Numbered from the stretch's first letter, positions 26,961 to 40,020 are shown. The stretch: DNA of 64,000 nucleotides from Octopus sinensis (GCF_006345805.1 NC_043005.1:103540001-103604000), one strand, 5' to 3'. Translations and numbers: made by a program. Notes: generated by a model not told the origin, from the letters alone.

Positions 26961-27729
26961 ATACATATATATACATATATATATGTGTGTGTATATATAT
27001 GTATATATATATATATATAAATGTAGAGCACATGTATAAATATATCTCTACATAGAATATGTACACAGCTATATATCGTTACTATGTGTCTACTATCACT
27101 CTATATATATATATGTGTGTGTGTGTATATATGTGTGTTCGCGCGCGCGTTAGTGTGTGTGTACGTGTGTGCACACAAAATAATACACATGCACGCTCCT
27201 TCACGTGACTCAGTTCAAGTGTCAGCGTGTGTGTGTGTGTGTATGTGGAGAGAGAGAGAGAGAGAGAGAGAGAGTATGTGTGTGTTTATTTACGTGTGTT
27301 GGAGTAATTATCCGCATTTCACTTTTCACAAAAGAGTGGCTTTAAGAATTTTTTTTCTTCTTTTATTTTCTATTTAATAAGTTACTATAAGAGTTTGGTG
27401 GAGTTGAAATATTTGAGAATGGCTTAAGGATTCTGCTTCATAATTCTGGGATAATGCATAATTATTCTCTTGTGCGTTTCTCTCTCACACTCTCTCGCTG
27501 TATGTATGCATGTGTGTATGTATGTATGTATTGTATATATGTATAGATAGATAAACCCACGCAACACACATATGCATGTCTATACATTCATGGGAGTGTA
27601 TATTCATAGGAGTGTATATATTCGTAGATTTTGGGAAGAGGTTACTCTCAGACATAAAAACGTAGAAAAAGTACTACATACTAAACATATGCTCTTGCAC
27701 AAATGTTTAGTAGCATATATGTATATATA

Positions 27730-27779
<50 letters not shown>

Positions 27780-28707
27780 TATATACAAATATGTATATAT
27801 ATGTTTGTGTGTGTTCTAACTTCTTATCCATGATAAAAATCGCAAGCTACAGCATATACGTGGTCAAAAAGACGCAAATTTCACAACTTGCGAAGTAAAC
27901 ACAGCGATGTCCCTCGGCACACTGCCCGAAGAAGGTCACTGCTGGCTCTCTTTGCGCACGCAACCATGTGCTGCCATCTGTTGGCGCGCTAGAGAACTAG
28001 TTCGGGAAATTTTTGATACCACCTCGTATGTAAGATGCGTATTAATTCAGGCATTTGTGTGGGGAAGAAAACAGACAGCTTGTTTAGTTCCGGTCTGAAG
28101 GATGAAGTTTTAGGCATAACCCTTTGTTGACCTTTCAATACAGATTAAATCAGGAGAATGGGCCATGCCCATAGCTTTTGCTGGCTCTCTGAGGTGGATG
28201 AAATCAATGTGGCTAATGGTTTTCTTCATATGAGTAGAGAGGGCTAAGATACATTGTTTTCGATGGTTCGCTACCCTGAATTGTTGGTAGGTATCTTGTG
28301 ATTAACGTGAACATTTCCAAGAATGTAACTAACATTATGGACTTTTTCCCAATTCGATAGTTAGGCACAACGCCTTATTTAATATGGCATTTTCAATAGC
28401 CTAACGCCACGAATAAGAAGGTTGGACAAGGCGCTAAGGTGTTTGTTTAATGCAACGATAACAATGGGCAACAAATTTCAAATTTTTGTCAATTGAATTA
28501 GATTTGACAGTTGAAGGTAATTTGGATGCGCTGAGCAGAAATTTTCACTTGGTTTTGCTCTATCGGGTTCTGATTTTGGAGTTCGAACTCTGCAAAGGGT
28601 TACATTGGTTAATGTAGTCTTAGATAACTCTATCTGGATAAAAGATGTGATGTTGAGGTAGACCTGTGCCAAACCATGTTTGTCCTCAGACAATCCAACC
28701 AGTTCGC

Positions 28708-29145
28708 CGGCGAGCTGGCAGACACGTTAGCACGCCGGACGAAATGCATAGCCGTATTTCGTCTGCCGTTACGTTCTGAGTTCAAATTCCGCCGAGGTCG
28801 ACCTTGCCTTTCATCCTTTCGGGGTCGATAAAACTAAGTACCAGTTACGCACTGGCGTCTATGTAATCGACTTAATCCCTTTGTCTGTCTTTGTTTGTCC
28901 CCTCTGTGTTTTGCCCCTTGTGAGCAATAAAGAAATAAGAAACGTTAGCACGAAGTGCGAAATGCTTAGCGGTATTTCGTCTGTCGTTACGTTCTGAGTT
29001 CAAATTTGGCCGAGGTAGACTTTGCCTTTCATCCTTTAGGGGTCGATAAAATTAAGTACCAGTTACGCACTGGAGTCGATGTAATCGACTTAAACCGTTT
29101 GTCTGTCCCCTCTGTGTTTAGCCCCTTGTGGGTAATAAAAGAAAC
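28708..29145 (+). mobile_element. SINE family A, two units, the second with a partial head
   Basis: Sequence identity to family A. Confidence 0.8.
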
Positions 29146-30306
29146 ATATTTGTTCTAAAACATGATTTCTAATAAATCTAGAACACAATGTATGTAGGGG
29201 AGGAGAGAGATGAGACACACAAGCAGGGGAGAGCAGAGGTATGTGAAAGTAAAGTTTGCAACCCAATGGAAACAAGTGGTGGAATCTTTTCACAAAAATT
29301 GTATTCTATAGGAGAGCGGATTCGTTGTGAGAAATTAAAAAATCTGAGGTCTGAAACACTTGCACTTATTCTGAGGAAGAGAGAACACATAAAAAGATGT
29401 TGCTAAATTTCCTGAATACATGAAGACTTTTATATGTCTTTCTCTCTTGTATCGTGGTAAGTTTCTAAAAGTTACAATATTTCACTCCTTACGGTAAATC
29501 AACGTACTAAACTCTTTTATGGATTTGATGAGATTCAATCATATTTCTTAACAAAAAAGGAGAAGACCGTTCTAGGCGATTGTAGTCTGTCTGTCCCCAA
29601 TTACTCCTATCAGACGATAAAAAGAAAGAAACATGAAATAACCATCTCCATCTGTCAGCATCATCAATGGCATTGGTAGATGCTTTCACTGCTCAAGGCA
29701 AATCAACTTAGCGAACTTCTATGTGAAAAATCTTCCCACTTTTATACGTCAAGATAAGAGAGCCAATTTCAAACCGTTGCTTCTGCCGTTTCCGAGGGCT
29801 AATATTTGAAGCATTCTCACCTATAAACTCTTATTGAAAAGCAAAACTCTCTGCCAAAATACCTCTCAACAAACCGAACGAAATAGAAACTTTCAATTAT
29901 ATTATGAATGACAAACAATAAATATAATTAGTTACGTCCAACTTATCTCGTTAACGAACCATCAATGTCTATTTATACATTTATTTATTCTATATTAATA
30001 TCTTTTCACAAAGGAAATATCTGTTGGCTTTCATTAATATTTTTTCAATGTTGTTATTGTTGTTATCAAGGAGCTGTTCGCCTTTTTATTTGTATGTTTT
30101 ATTCATTTATTTGTTTTTGTTAAGAAATATTTCTAATGATTCCCATGATTTCATTCAAAATATTGTTTAGTCTTCGATGGTTGCCATTGTGTTCTCTTGT
30201 AATGGTTCGTCGAATGTATTTCAATGGTTTGGTTTGTTATAAATATGTGCATATGTTTGTGTCTATTGTTTATATACAATTGTGTTGTGTATACATACAT
30301 ACATAC

Positions 30307-30319
<13 letters not shown>

Positions 30320-30345
<26 letters not shown>

Positions 30346-30788
30346 GAGAGAGAAAGAGAGAATGAGAGAGAGAGAAAGGCGGCGAGCTGGCAGAAACGTT
30401 AGCACGCCGGGTGAAATTCTTAACTGTATTTCGTCTGCTGATACGTTCTGATCTCAAATTCCGCCGGGTCAACTTTGCCTTTCATCTTTTTGGGGTCGAT
30501 AAATAAAGTACCAGTTTCGCACTGGGGCCGATATAATCGACTTAATCTGTTTGTCTGTCCTCTCTGTGTTTAGCCCCTTGTGGGTAGTAAAGAAATAGGT
30601 ATTTCGTCAGCCAATACGTTCTGAGTTCAAATTCCGCCGAGGTCGACTTTGCCTTTCATCCTTTCGGGGTCGATAAATAAAGTACCAGTTTCGGACTGGG
30701 GTCGTTGTAATCGACTTAATCTCTTTGTCTGTCCTTGTTTGTCCCCTCTGTGTTTAGCCCCTTGTGGGTAGTAAAGAAATATATATAT

Positions 30789-30834
<46 letters not shown>

Positions 30835-31284
30835 GAGAGAGAAAGAGAGAATGAGAGAGAGAGAAAGGCGGCGAGCTGGCAGAAACGTTAGCACGCCGGG
30901 TGAAATTCTTAACTGTATTCGTCTGCTGATACGTTCTGATCTCAAATTCCGCCGGGTCAACTTTGCCTTTCATCTTTTTGGGGTCGATAAATAAAGTACC
31001 AGTTTCGCACTGGGGCCGATATAATCGACTTAATCTCTTGTCTGTCCTTGTTTGTCCTCTCTGTGTTAGCCCCTTGTGGGTAGTAAAGAAATAGGTATTT
31101 CGTCAGCCAATACGTTCTGAGTTCAAATTCCGCCGAGGTCGACTTTGCCTTTCATCCTTTCGGGGTCGATAAATAAAGTACCAGTTTCGGACTGGGGTCG
31201 TTGTAATCGACTTAATCTCTTTGTCTGTCCTTGTTTGTCCCCTCTGTGTTTAGCCCCTTGTGGGTAGTAAAGAAATATATATAT

Positions 31285-31328
<44 letters not shown>

Positions 31329-31768
31329 GAGAGAGAAAGAGAGAATGAGAGAGAGAGAAAGGCGGCGAGCTGGCAGAAACGTTAGCACGCCGGGTGAAAT
31401 TCTTAACTGTATTTCGTCTGCTGATACGTTCTGATCTCAAATTCCGCCGGGTCAACTTTGCCTTTCATCTTTTTGGGGTCGATAAATAAAGTACCAGTTT
31501 CGCACTGGGGCCGATATAATCGACTTAATCTGTTTGTCTGTCCTTGTTTGTCCTCTCTGTGTTTAGCCCCTTGTGGGTAGTAAAGAAATAGGTATTTCGT
31601 CAGCCAATACGTTCTGAGTTCAAATTCCGCCGAGGTCGACTTTGCCTTTCATCCTTTCGGGGTCGATAAATAAAGTACCAGTTTCGGACTGGGGTCGTTG
31701 TAATCGACTTAATCTCTTTGTCTGTCCTTGTTTGTCCCCTCTGTGTTTAGCCCCTTGTGGGTAGTAAA

Positions 31769-31800
<32 letters not shown>
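30320..31800 (+). repeat. Tandem triplication (~490 bp) of a SINE A dimer plus (TA)n/(GA)n
   Basis: Heads at 30378, 30867 and 31361 share private substitutions (GGGTGAAATTCTTAACTGTA). Confidence 0.85.
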
Positions 31801-31839
<39 letters not shown>

Positions 31840-32194
31840 AAAAGAAAAAGAGAGGGTGGGGGTAAATAGATAAATTGGGAAAGAAAGGAAAGAGAGCTAT
31901 GTTTCTATATGAGTGTAAAACGTTGAATTGTTTGTGATATTTTTCTGGGATATATGAAGTTCTGATTAGAGTTGAGTTGAACCTTTCAGCTATATTACGA
32001 TGATGATGATGGTGATGAGACCAAGGGGAATGGGGAGAAGATGCTACCTCAATATTTGGCCAAAGGACTACACTTGGGATTCATGTACTGCAGAGAAGCA
32101 TAATAAACCACCTGTAAGCTCTGATCTGCTATAAGGTTTCGATTCTTGACTGCTACATTTTTATTGTCTTGGTCTGCAGGATGAAGTCTTACCA

Positions 32195-32310
32195 TAGCCC
32201 GCACTCTTAACCACTACGCCATATGCCCATGGCGTAGTGGTTAAGAGCGCGGGCTATTAACCCCAAGATTCCAATTTTGATTCCAGGCAGTGGCCTGAAT
32301 AATAATAATC

Positions 32311-32346
<36 letters not shown>

Positions 32347-32363
32347 TAATAATAATAATCATA

Positions 32364-32397
<34 letters not shown>
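32195..32397 (+). mobile_element. SINE family E head with an inverted duplication of its 5' end, followed by (AAT)n
   Basis: 28-bp arms at 32195-32222 and 32229-32256 (1 mismatch); head as at 36375. Confidence 0.75.
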
Positions 32398-32599
32398 CAG
32401 GAGGATGGGCCATGCCCATAGCCTTTGCTGGCTCTCTGGGGTGGATGAGATCAATGTGGCTAATGGTTTTCTTCATATGAGTAGAGAGGGAATACAGAAG
32501 TTCTGGGAAGAAAAGACTAAACACAATATGAGTGACAAGACAAGAGATGAGTGAGGAGGGAGTGCTTAAATGGTGATGGTGCAGAACCAATCAACTCTG

Positions 32600-32800
32600 A
32601 AGACTTGTAGACATTGTGCTTAAGTTCTTTAAGATGATTTCACATTTCTTATTAAATGTGTAATGGCAGTGACATATGAAAAACGAATGCTTATATGGAG
32701 ACCTGGCAAATTTAGCAAGAAGATCAGGCAAAGACAGTCCTGACTATGTGGTCACCACCCTGAAATGGAAGCATCCAAGCTAGTCTTACATCACCCTCCT
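32600..32800 (+). pseudogene. Decayed RTE ORF C-terminal relic
   Basis: KFSKKIRQRQ*LCGH and HPEMEASKLVL, similar to 33340-33690. Confidence 0.55.
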
Positions 32801-32903
32801 TTGCTATTTACCACAGTTGTTTGATACACAGAAGCCAATGCTGATTGACTGCTTAACATTTATTTGGGTGTTGTCTTCTCTAGGGTGGTTAATCATGCCT
32901 TTT

Positions 32904-33289
32904 GTGGAGGTGCAATGGCCCAGTGGTTAGGGCAGCGGCCTCGCAGTCATAGGATCGCGGTTTCAATTCCCAGACCGGGCGTTGTGAGTGTTTATTGAGC
33001 GAAAACACCTAAAGCTCCATGAGGCTCCGGCAGGGGATGGTGGTGATCCCTGCTGTACTCTTTCACCACAACTTTCTCTCACTCTTACTTCCTGTTTCTG
33101 TTGTACCTGTATTTCAAAGGGCCGGCCTTGTCACTCTGTGTGTCACGCTGAATATCCCCAAGAACTACGTTAAGGGTGCACGTGTCTGTGGAGTGCTCAG
33201 CCACTTACACGTTAATTTCACGAGCAGGCTGTTCCGTTGATTCGGATCAACCGGAACCCTCGTCGTCGTAACCGACGGAGTGCTTCCAC
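32904..33289 (+). mobile_element. SINE family C with 13-bp TSD
   Basis: AATCATGCCTTTT at 32891-32903 and 33290-33302; tRNA-like head. Confidence 0.88.
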
Positions 33290-33339
33290 AATCATGCCTT
33301 TTATAACTCTATGGATAGGCCATGGCTCATAGCTGTAAG

Positions 33340-33690
33340 TTCATGCAAACAGGCTTTATGGATGCTATACAAGGACACTACAAATGGCCAAAAATGTGAA
33401 ATGGCAGCAACATATGGCAAATGAATGCCTTTTTGGAGACTTGTCAAAATTTAACGAGAAGATCAAGCATTGGCAGCTGCGACTATCTGGTCACTGTGTG
33501 TACCATCCTGGGCCGGAAGCATCCAAGTTAGTCGTGTGGAACCCTCTTCATTGTGATGTAAGAAGTGGAAAATATCGTCACACTTACATTGACAACTTGA
33601 TTGCAGACACTGGCCTGGAATGTCTCCAGGACTTCAAGGCATTTTAATGATGGACTGAGAAGTGTGGCAGGTAGAGTCCGTTGTTGTGGC
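33340..33690 (+). pseudogene. Decayed RTE ORF C-terminal relic
   Basis: DGCYTR.LQMAKNVKWQQHMANECLFGDL..LRLSGHC..EASKLVVW..HTYIDNL. Confidence 0.7.
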
Positions 33691-34119
33691 CCAGGCTGGT
33701 ACCTGGCCATAATAACAGTAAGATATTTTATCATTATTTTTATCTCTAAGCCAAGAGCAAAATGCTATATCAATGAACCTTTATATAGTTACCGAGACAT
33801 TTAGGTGGGAGAGAGGAAAGTGATCTCAAACCAGAGACTTGCTTGAATATTTGCAGCAGAGTTTAAATCTTCACTAAAGGCATTCAAATGCCAGCTGATG
33901 GTTTTAATCCAGTTTATAAATCAAATTTCTCTTGCAGTAAAGTTCTTCATCATCATGTTTGCTGGAGTTCATCTTCTGTGGTCAGTCAGCAGAAGTTTGA
34001 TATTTCGAGATGTTCTATTTTAAACTTCCTAAGGCAGTTTGTTTCTTAATCTTCAGTTAATCCTATTTAAATGGGGATATTTAATTTGTGCATGTATGAA
34101 TATAATATATTCTTTTATT

Positions 34120-34325
34120 CTTTTACTTGTTTCGGTCATTTGATTGTGGCCATGCTGGAGCACCATCTTAAAAGGTTGTTAGTTGAAGAAATCGACTCCA
34201 GGACTTATTCTTTGTAAGCCTAGTACTTATTCTATCGGTCTCTTTTGTCAAACCGCTAAGTTACGGGAACATAAGCACACCAGCATCGATTGTCAAGTGA
34301 TGGTAGCAGGGAGTGGGAACAGACA
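34120..34325 (-). mobile_element. SINE family B tail
   Basis: Similarity to the family B tail. Confidence 0.75.
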
Positions 34326-34451
34326 CACACACAAATCATCATCATATAAGATTCCTGTATCTTGTGTGTAAGTTCCAACAGAATTTAAAATTGGTCATTC
34401 CAAGCATAGAGTTTGTAAATGGTGTAATTGAATCGAGGGTTTTTTTGAAAT

Positions 34452-34488
<37 letters not shown>

Positions 34489-34489
34489 G

Positions 34490-35290
34490 TGCAGGCATGG
34501 CTGTGTATTAAGAAGCTTGCTTCCCAGTCACATGGTTCTGGGTTCAGTCCCATTGTGTGGCACCTTGGGCAAGCATTTATAGCCTAGGACTGATCAAATC
34601 CATGTGAGTGAATTTGGCAGGCAAAAACTGAAAGAAGCCCATGATCATCATCATCATCATCATAGTTTAACATCCGCTTTCCATGCTAGCATGGGTTGGA
34701 CGGTTCAACTGGGGTCTGGGAAGCCAGAAGGCTGCTCCAGGCCCAGTCTGATCTGGCAGTGTTTCTACGGCTGGATGCCCTTCCTAATGCCAACCACTCC
34801 GTGAGTGTAGTGGGTGCTTTTTATGTGCCACCGGCACAGGTGCCAGACAAGGCTGGCAACGGCCACGATCGGATGGTGCTTTTTATGTGCCACCAGCACA
34901 GAGGCCAGTCATGGGCGGCACTGGCAACGGCCATGTTCGGATGGTTCTCTTACGTGCCACCGGCACTGGTATCACAGCTGCAATTTCCATTGATGTTGAT
35001 CGATTATATATTTCTATAAAGTCCCACCATGCCAGCATGGAAGGCAGAGGTTAAACAATGATGATGATGATGATATGTGTGTGTGTATGTGTGTTGTCTT
35101 GTGTGTCCCACACCACCACTTGGCAACCGATGTTGGTGTGTTTATGTCCCCGTAACTTAGCAGTTCAGCAAAAGAGATCAATAGAATAAGTAACATGCTT
35201 AACAAAGTACCGGGGTTTATTCATTACTAAAAATAAACTGTTCAACGCCATGCCCCAAAATGGCAAAAGTCTAATTGCCAAAACAAGTAG
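34490..35290 (+). mobile_element. SINE family B (head ~34490-34620, tail ~35090-35290) interrupted by RTE 3'-UTR inserts
   Basis: Head and tail on the same strand flank a minus-strand RTE tail at 34640-35003. Confidence 0.65.
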
Positions 35291-35659
35291 AGCATAAAAG
35301 ATATATGTGTGTGTGTGTGTGTGCGTGTCTATACATGTGTGTGTGTGTGTGTGTGCAAAGGTGCATGCATATATATAAAACATATATGCATGTGTGTATG
35401 TGAATGTATATATAAACACAAACACACAATTGGTCAGTTGCCTTTAAGTCAGAAAGTAAGAATACTTTAAAAATAAGAATATTTGAAGCAGTTTGACATG
35501 AAACCAATGACCGGTTATATGCCAAAACCAGGAATATGCCATTTGACAATATAAAAGTGTGAGTGTGTATATAAATATATATATATATATGTATATCAGC
35601 AGAATTATTTAATGTCCTATTTATATTCTGGCATGTGTTGGACATCATGTTGTATATAT

Positions 35660-35920
35660 ATCATCATTATCGTTTAATATCCGTTTTCCATGCTGGCATG
35701 GGTTGGACAGTTCGACCGGGGTCTGGGAAGCCAGGAGGCTGCACCAGGCTCCAGTCTGATCTGGCAGTGTTTCTACAACTGGATGCCCTTCCTAACGCCA
35801 ACCACTCCGTGAAAGTAGTGGGTGCTTTTTATGTGCCACCGGCACAGGTGCCAGGGGAGGCTGGCAACAGTCACGATTGGTTGGTGCTTTATACGTGCCA
35901 CCAGCACTGAAGCCAGTGGC
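35660..35920 (-). mobile_element. RTE 3'-UTR fragment
   Basis: GGATGCCCTTCCTAACGCCAACC motif and (CAT)n end, matching 59757-60140. Confidence 0.8.
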
Positions 35921-36374
35921 ACATATATATATATCATTTGATGTCATAATAATTTACAAACTATTTCAGAACATGAGAAAATTTTTTTACTGGATCTGAA
36001 AGTACATATTAAGCTATGAATAACACCGTGTAAATAAGGGGTTGAAAACTCCTTTTGCACTGACACACACAAATGTGTGTGTGTGTGTATGAATCTGTCA
36101 GTGCATGTTTTCTTTCCTTGACAGATTTTTTTATATGTTGCTAGTTGTTTTCACACTTGTATTGCTGCTGCTGCTGCTGTTGCAGGGACTTCTGTGGGTA
36201 TTGCTTTATCATCGTTATTATCATTGTTTATTTAGTCCTTCGCCAACCAATTATCTAAATTGCATTTCTTAATGAAATCGCATGTTATTCAAATGACAAG
36301 TGTCCTACACCTCACAGACACCCAATGTAACAGTCAGTTGGCAAAGCGCTATATATAATATTTCATAGGCCAAC

Positions 36375-36670
36375 GGGCATATGGCATAGTGGTTAAGAGC
36401 ACATGCCACTAACCCCAAGATTCTGAGTTCGATTCCAGGCAGTGACCTGAATAATAATAATAATAACAATAATAATAATAAGAAGAAGAAGAAGAAGAAC
36501 AACAACAACAACAATAACATCGAAAAATACAGGAATGAGAATCCAGGTTCGAAATTTCCCCAAGACACCTGATGAAGACTGGAGGGTACATCAGCTGAAA
36601 CGTTGTGTTAACAACAAACAAGATGCGGACAAATATTCGTCAATTGTAAATAATGTAAATAATGTGAATA
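36375..36670 (+). mobile_element. SINE family E: tRNA-like head, (AAT/AAG/AAC)n, hammerhead motif, (AATGTAAAT)n tail
   Basis: A-box TGGCATAGTGGTT, B-box GAGTTCGATTCC, ribozyme motif at 36564-36609. Confidence 0.75.
36564..36609 (+). ncRNA. Minimal type I hammerhead ribozyme motif
   Basis: GACAC-CTGATGA-AG(A)CTG..CAGCT-GAAAC-GTT-GTGTT: intact core, 5-bp stem I, 5-bp bulged stem II, palindromic AACGTT stem III. Confidence 0.65.
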
Positions 36671-36864
36671 TCCCAATTATAACCTTTATACTTATCTTTA
36701 ATAGAGAGAAGGATGAGAGGCAAAACCGTCAGCTGACTTGAATAATATTTGGGGTTGTCTTCTCAGGGTGAGGGGAAAATAAAATTAATTTTTAGAGATT
36801 GTGTGGTGGATGCTAAAACATAAAATTTTAAATAAAATAGGTTACATTCGTACATACATATGGA

Positions 36865-37240
36865 TGTAGACAGTTGCACTCCGAAGGGCCAATCACTTAA
36901 AGTGGATAGAACTTGAGGAAAAGGGAGACCCAGGAAGACATGGGACGAAGTACTGAATGCTTATTGTAAGACATTGAGCTTTACAAAGGAGATGACTAAG
37001 GACCGAGGTATCTGGTACCTTGCTGTACTCAAGAAGACCCATCTGTCACAGCAGAATTGATACTGGTGCAGATGCCACATTAACAGCACCCAGTACACTG
37101 TGGAGTGGTTGGCATTAGGAAGGGCATCCGATCATAGAAGCCATGCCAGAACAGACAATGGTGCCTGGTGCAGCACTTGGCCTTACCAGCTCTGGTCAAA
37201 CTGTGAAACCCATGCCAGTATGGAAAACAGGTGATGATGA
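36865..37240 (+). mobile_element. Decayed RTE 3' end
   Basis: GRPRKTWDEV-like codons (AGACCCAGGAAGACATGGGACGAAGTA) plus RTE 3' UTR and (GAT)n. Confidence 0.7.
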
Positions 37241-37254
37241 TATATATATATATA

Positions 37255-37410
37255 TATATAACGCCTAGGCGTTAGGAAGGGCATCCTTGGCGTTAGGGAG
37301 GGCATCCAGCTGTAGAAACACTGCCAGATCAGACTGGGCCTGGTGCAGCCTTCTGGCTTCCCAGACCCCAGTTGAACCGTCCAACCCATGCCAACATGGA
37401 AAGCGGACGT
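37255..37410 (+). mobile_element. RTE 3'-UTR fragment
   Basis: GTTAGG..GGGCATCC motif duplicated; (GAT)n tail. Confidence 0.75.
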
Positions 37411-38045
37411 TAAATGATGATGATGATCTGAGAGCACAATGTAGTAGGGAGATACGGTTGAAATTTGTATTTCATAAATTACATTACACAGGTTTCGATA
37501 GCATTTATGAGAATGTCATGCAGTAATTGTTAAATATATACACATAGATACAGATATGTGTGTGTGAATAAATATATATTTGCATTTCTAACATGGCTAG
37601 ATTTGCATAAATAATCGTGTATATTACACACATGCATGCACACACACACACACACACATATGTATGTAGTCAATGAATGAAACATGGAAATGTCCCATGA
37701 GATAACTTGTAAATATTCAATAATTTTCTTTATGTGATATTTGATTCCTGTAAACATAAAATGATAGCACCAGCTAGTTGTTCAGTCACTGTGAACTCCC
37801 AATGTTTAAATAACTCGCTTAGATGAACTGAGATTATATTACCCAGGTTCATATGTGTCTAAGTGTTATATGAATTCTGACATGCATTTCATTGCATAAA
37901 CTGCTACTTCCTCAGAAGATCACACTAAAGGTATAGTTTCCTCTCCAACACACTTATTATTTCTCGATGATAATGAATTCAGATAACCTATAAATATAAA
38001 ATTATTGTAGTGACAGCCTGCTAAGTTGTTGTACACAGTTTTTGA

Positions 38046-38550
38046 TTAACCCTTTATATAGCAACCTGGCTGAAACCGCCTCTGGCTTTGTAGTACAAAT
38101 ATCTCGTTTTCATAAGTTTTGAATTAAAATCTTCCACCAAACCTTAGTCACAATTAATGTTCCTAACACTAGCTTAATGATAACTAAGTTCTATTGTGTC
38201 TGGGGAGAATCATTTTCTTGTTGTGCCTTATAAGGTAACACACTCACTGGTAAAATTTCCACTTATTTCTTATTTTTATTTTCCTAAAATTTCCGTTGCA
38301 TCAAGGCTATTGAAAAGATTGCAAGACGCAAAGAAAATTTTAGGAGAATAAAAATAAGAAATAAGTGGAAATTTTACCAGTGAGTGTGTTACATTATAAG
38401 GCAGAAAAAGAAAATGACTCTCCCCAGACACAAAACCAAATCCAAAAATGAAAGATAACTATTTTATTTTACTAAATTCTGTATTATATTTCAAATTAAT
38501 TGAAAGAAACACAGAGCATCTCAAAATAAATACGGTAACGAAAGAGTTAA
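38046..38550. mobile_element. piggyBac-like MITE carrying an internal foldback
   Basis: TTAA|CCCTTT left end, AAAGAG|TTAA right end; ~98-bp inverted arms spanning 38195-38432. Confidence 0.6.
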
Positions 38551-39243
38551 ATATCTAACAATTATTTTTATTAAATATCAAACATAATTTTTATTTTTTA
38601 CTTTTTCCACTCACTGGACAGTGACCATACTGGTGCCCCAGTATGACCACAGTCCAGTGTGAACAGATCAACCCCAGTACTTATTTCTTAAGCCAAGTAC
38701 TTACTGCATCAGTCTCTTTAGCTGAACCACTAAGTTATGTGAACATAGGCAACCAACACTGATTGTTTCTCTCTCTAAATATATTTCAGGAGGTTCCTGG
38801 TAGCTTTTTGGAGTCCACAAGATGGCAGCACAGCTGGAAGTCCATAGCCAAAAGCGAAAGGAGATAACCCCCGATTGTTACCTTTGAGTAGTGAGGCATT
38901 TCCTCCTCCCTATTTTTAAGAGGTCTTGGGCCAACAAGTTTTGAAACCTATGATACGCCATAATGCTAAACCCTTTATGAACGGGAAACCTAAGGTAATC
39001 CCATAAACTGGCCTTACCCACTTTATTATATTATAATTAAATAAATAAATAAATATATATATATATATAGGCGCAGGAGTGGCTGTGTGGTTAGAAGCTT
39101 CTTCCTGACCACGTGGTTCCGAGTTCATTCCCACTGCATGGCACCTTGGGCAAGTGTTTTCTACTATTGTCTCAAGTCAACCAAAGACTTGTGAGTGGAT
39201 TTGGTAGACGGAAACTGAAAGAAGCCCGTCATATATATATATG

Positions 39244-39289
<46 letters not shown>

Positions 39290-39380
39290 CATATATATAT
39301 ATATACATATATATATATATTGTATATATATACATATATATATATATACATATATATATAATATATATGTATATATATAC

Positions 39381-39412
<32 letters not shown>

Positions 39413-39647
39413 GTATATATATACATATATATATATATGTAATAATATACATATATATATACATATATATATATATGTATATATATACATATATATATAC
39501 ATATATATATGTATATATATACATATATATATGTATATATATACATATATATAATATACATATAATATATATATATATGTATATATATACATACATATAT
39601 ATATACATACAATATATATATATACATACATATATATATATATATAT

Positions 39648-39978
39648 GTAAGGAGCAGATACTGGGTAAGGAGCAGATACTGTAATAGCCGGGTTCAGGG
39701 GCCCTCAGTGTTCAACAAACTGCCAAGAAAACTAAGAGATCTACATGATGCGGATGTGGACATTTTCAAAAACATCTAGACAAGCTGCTTTCCGGGATCC
39801 CAGATGAACCCACTGCAAGGTACGAAGGTAACCTAAGGGCAGCAGCTACAAACTCTCTCTTAGATCAGTGGCCAGCCACGGCAAACTGGACTTAGAGAGG
39901 GTAGCAACAAGGGCGGTGCCCCAGCATGGCCTCAGCCGGATGGCTGAAACAAGTAAAAGAGTAAAAGAGTAAAAGAGT
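39648..39978 (+). mobile_element. 5'-truncated CR1-type LINE 3' end
   Basis: [16 protein letters not shown] and LDKLLSGIPDEP match the C-terminus of the 5795-9389 LINE; (GTAAAAGA)x3 tail; 18-bp duplication at the 5' junction. Confidence 0.8.
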
Positions 39979-39987
39979 ATATATATA

Positions 39988-40020
<33 letters not shown>

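Noticed and set aside
29188-29406. 72-aa ORF beginning MYVGE (GIY-YIG-like start)
   Set aside because: No further GIY-YIG residues or recognisable homology.
37872-37920. CTGAGGA..GAAA..GTC on the minus strand
   Set aside because: Stems rely on wobbles and mismatches; compatible with chance.
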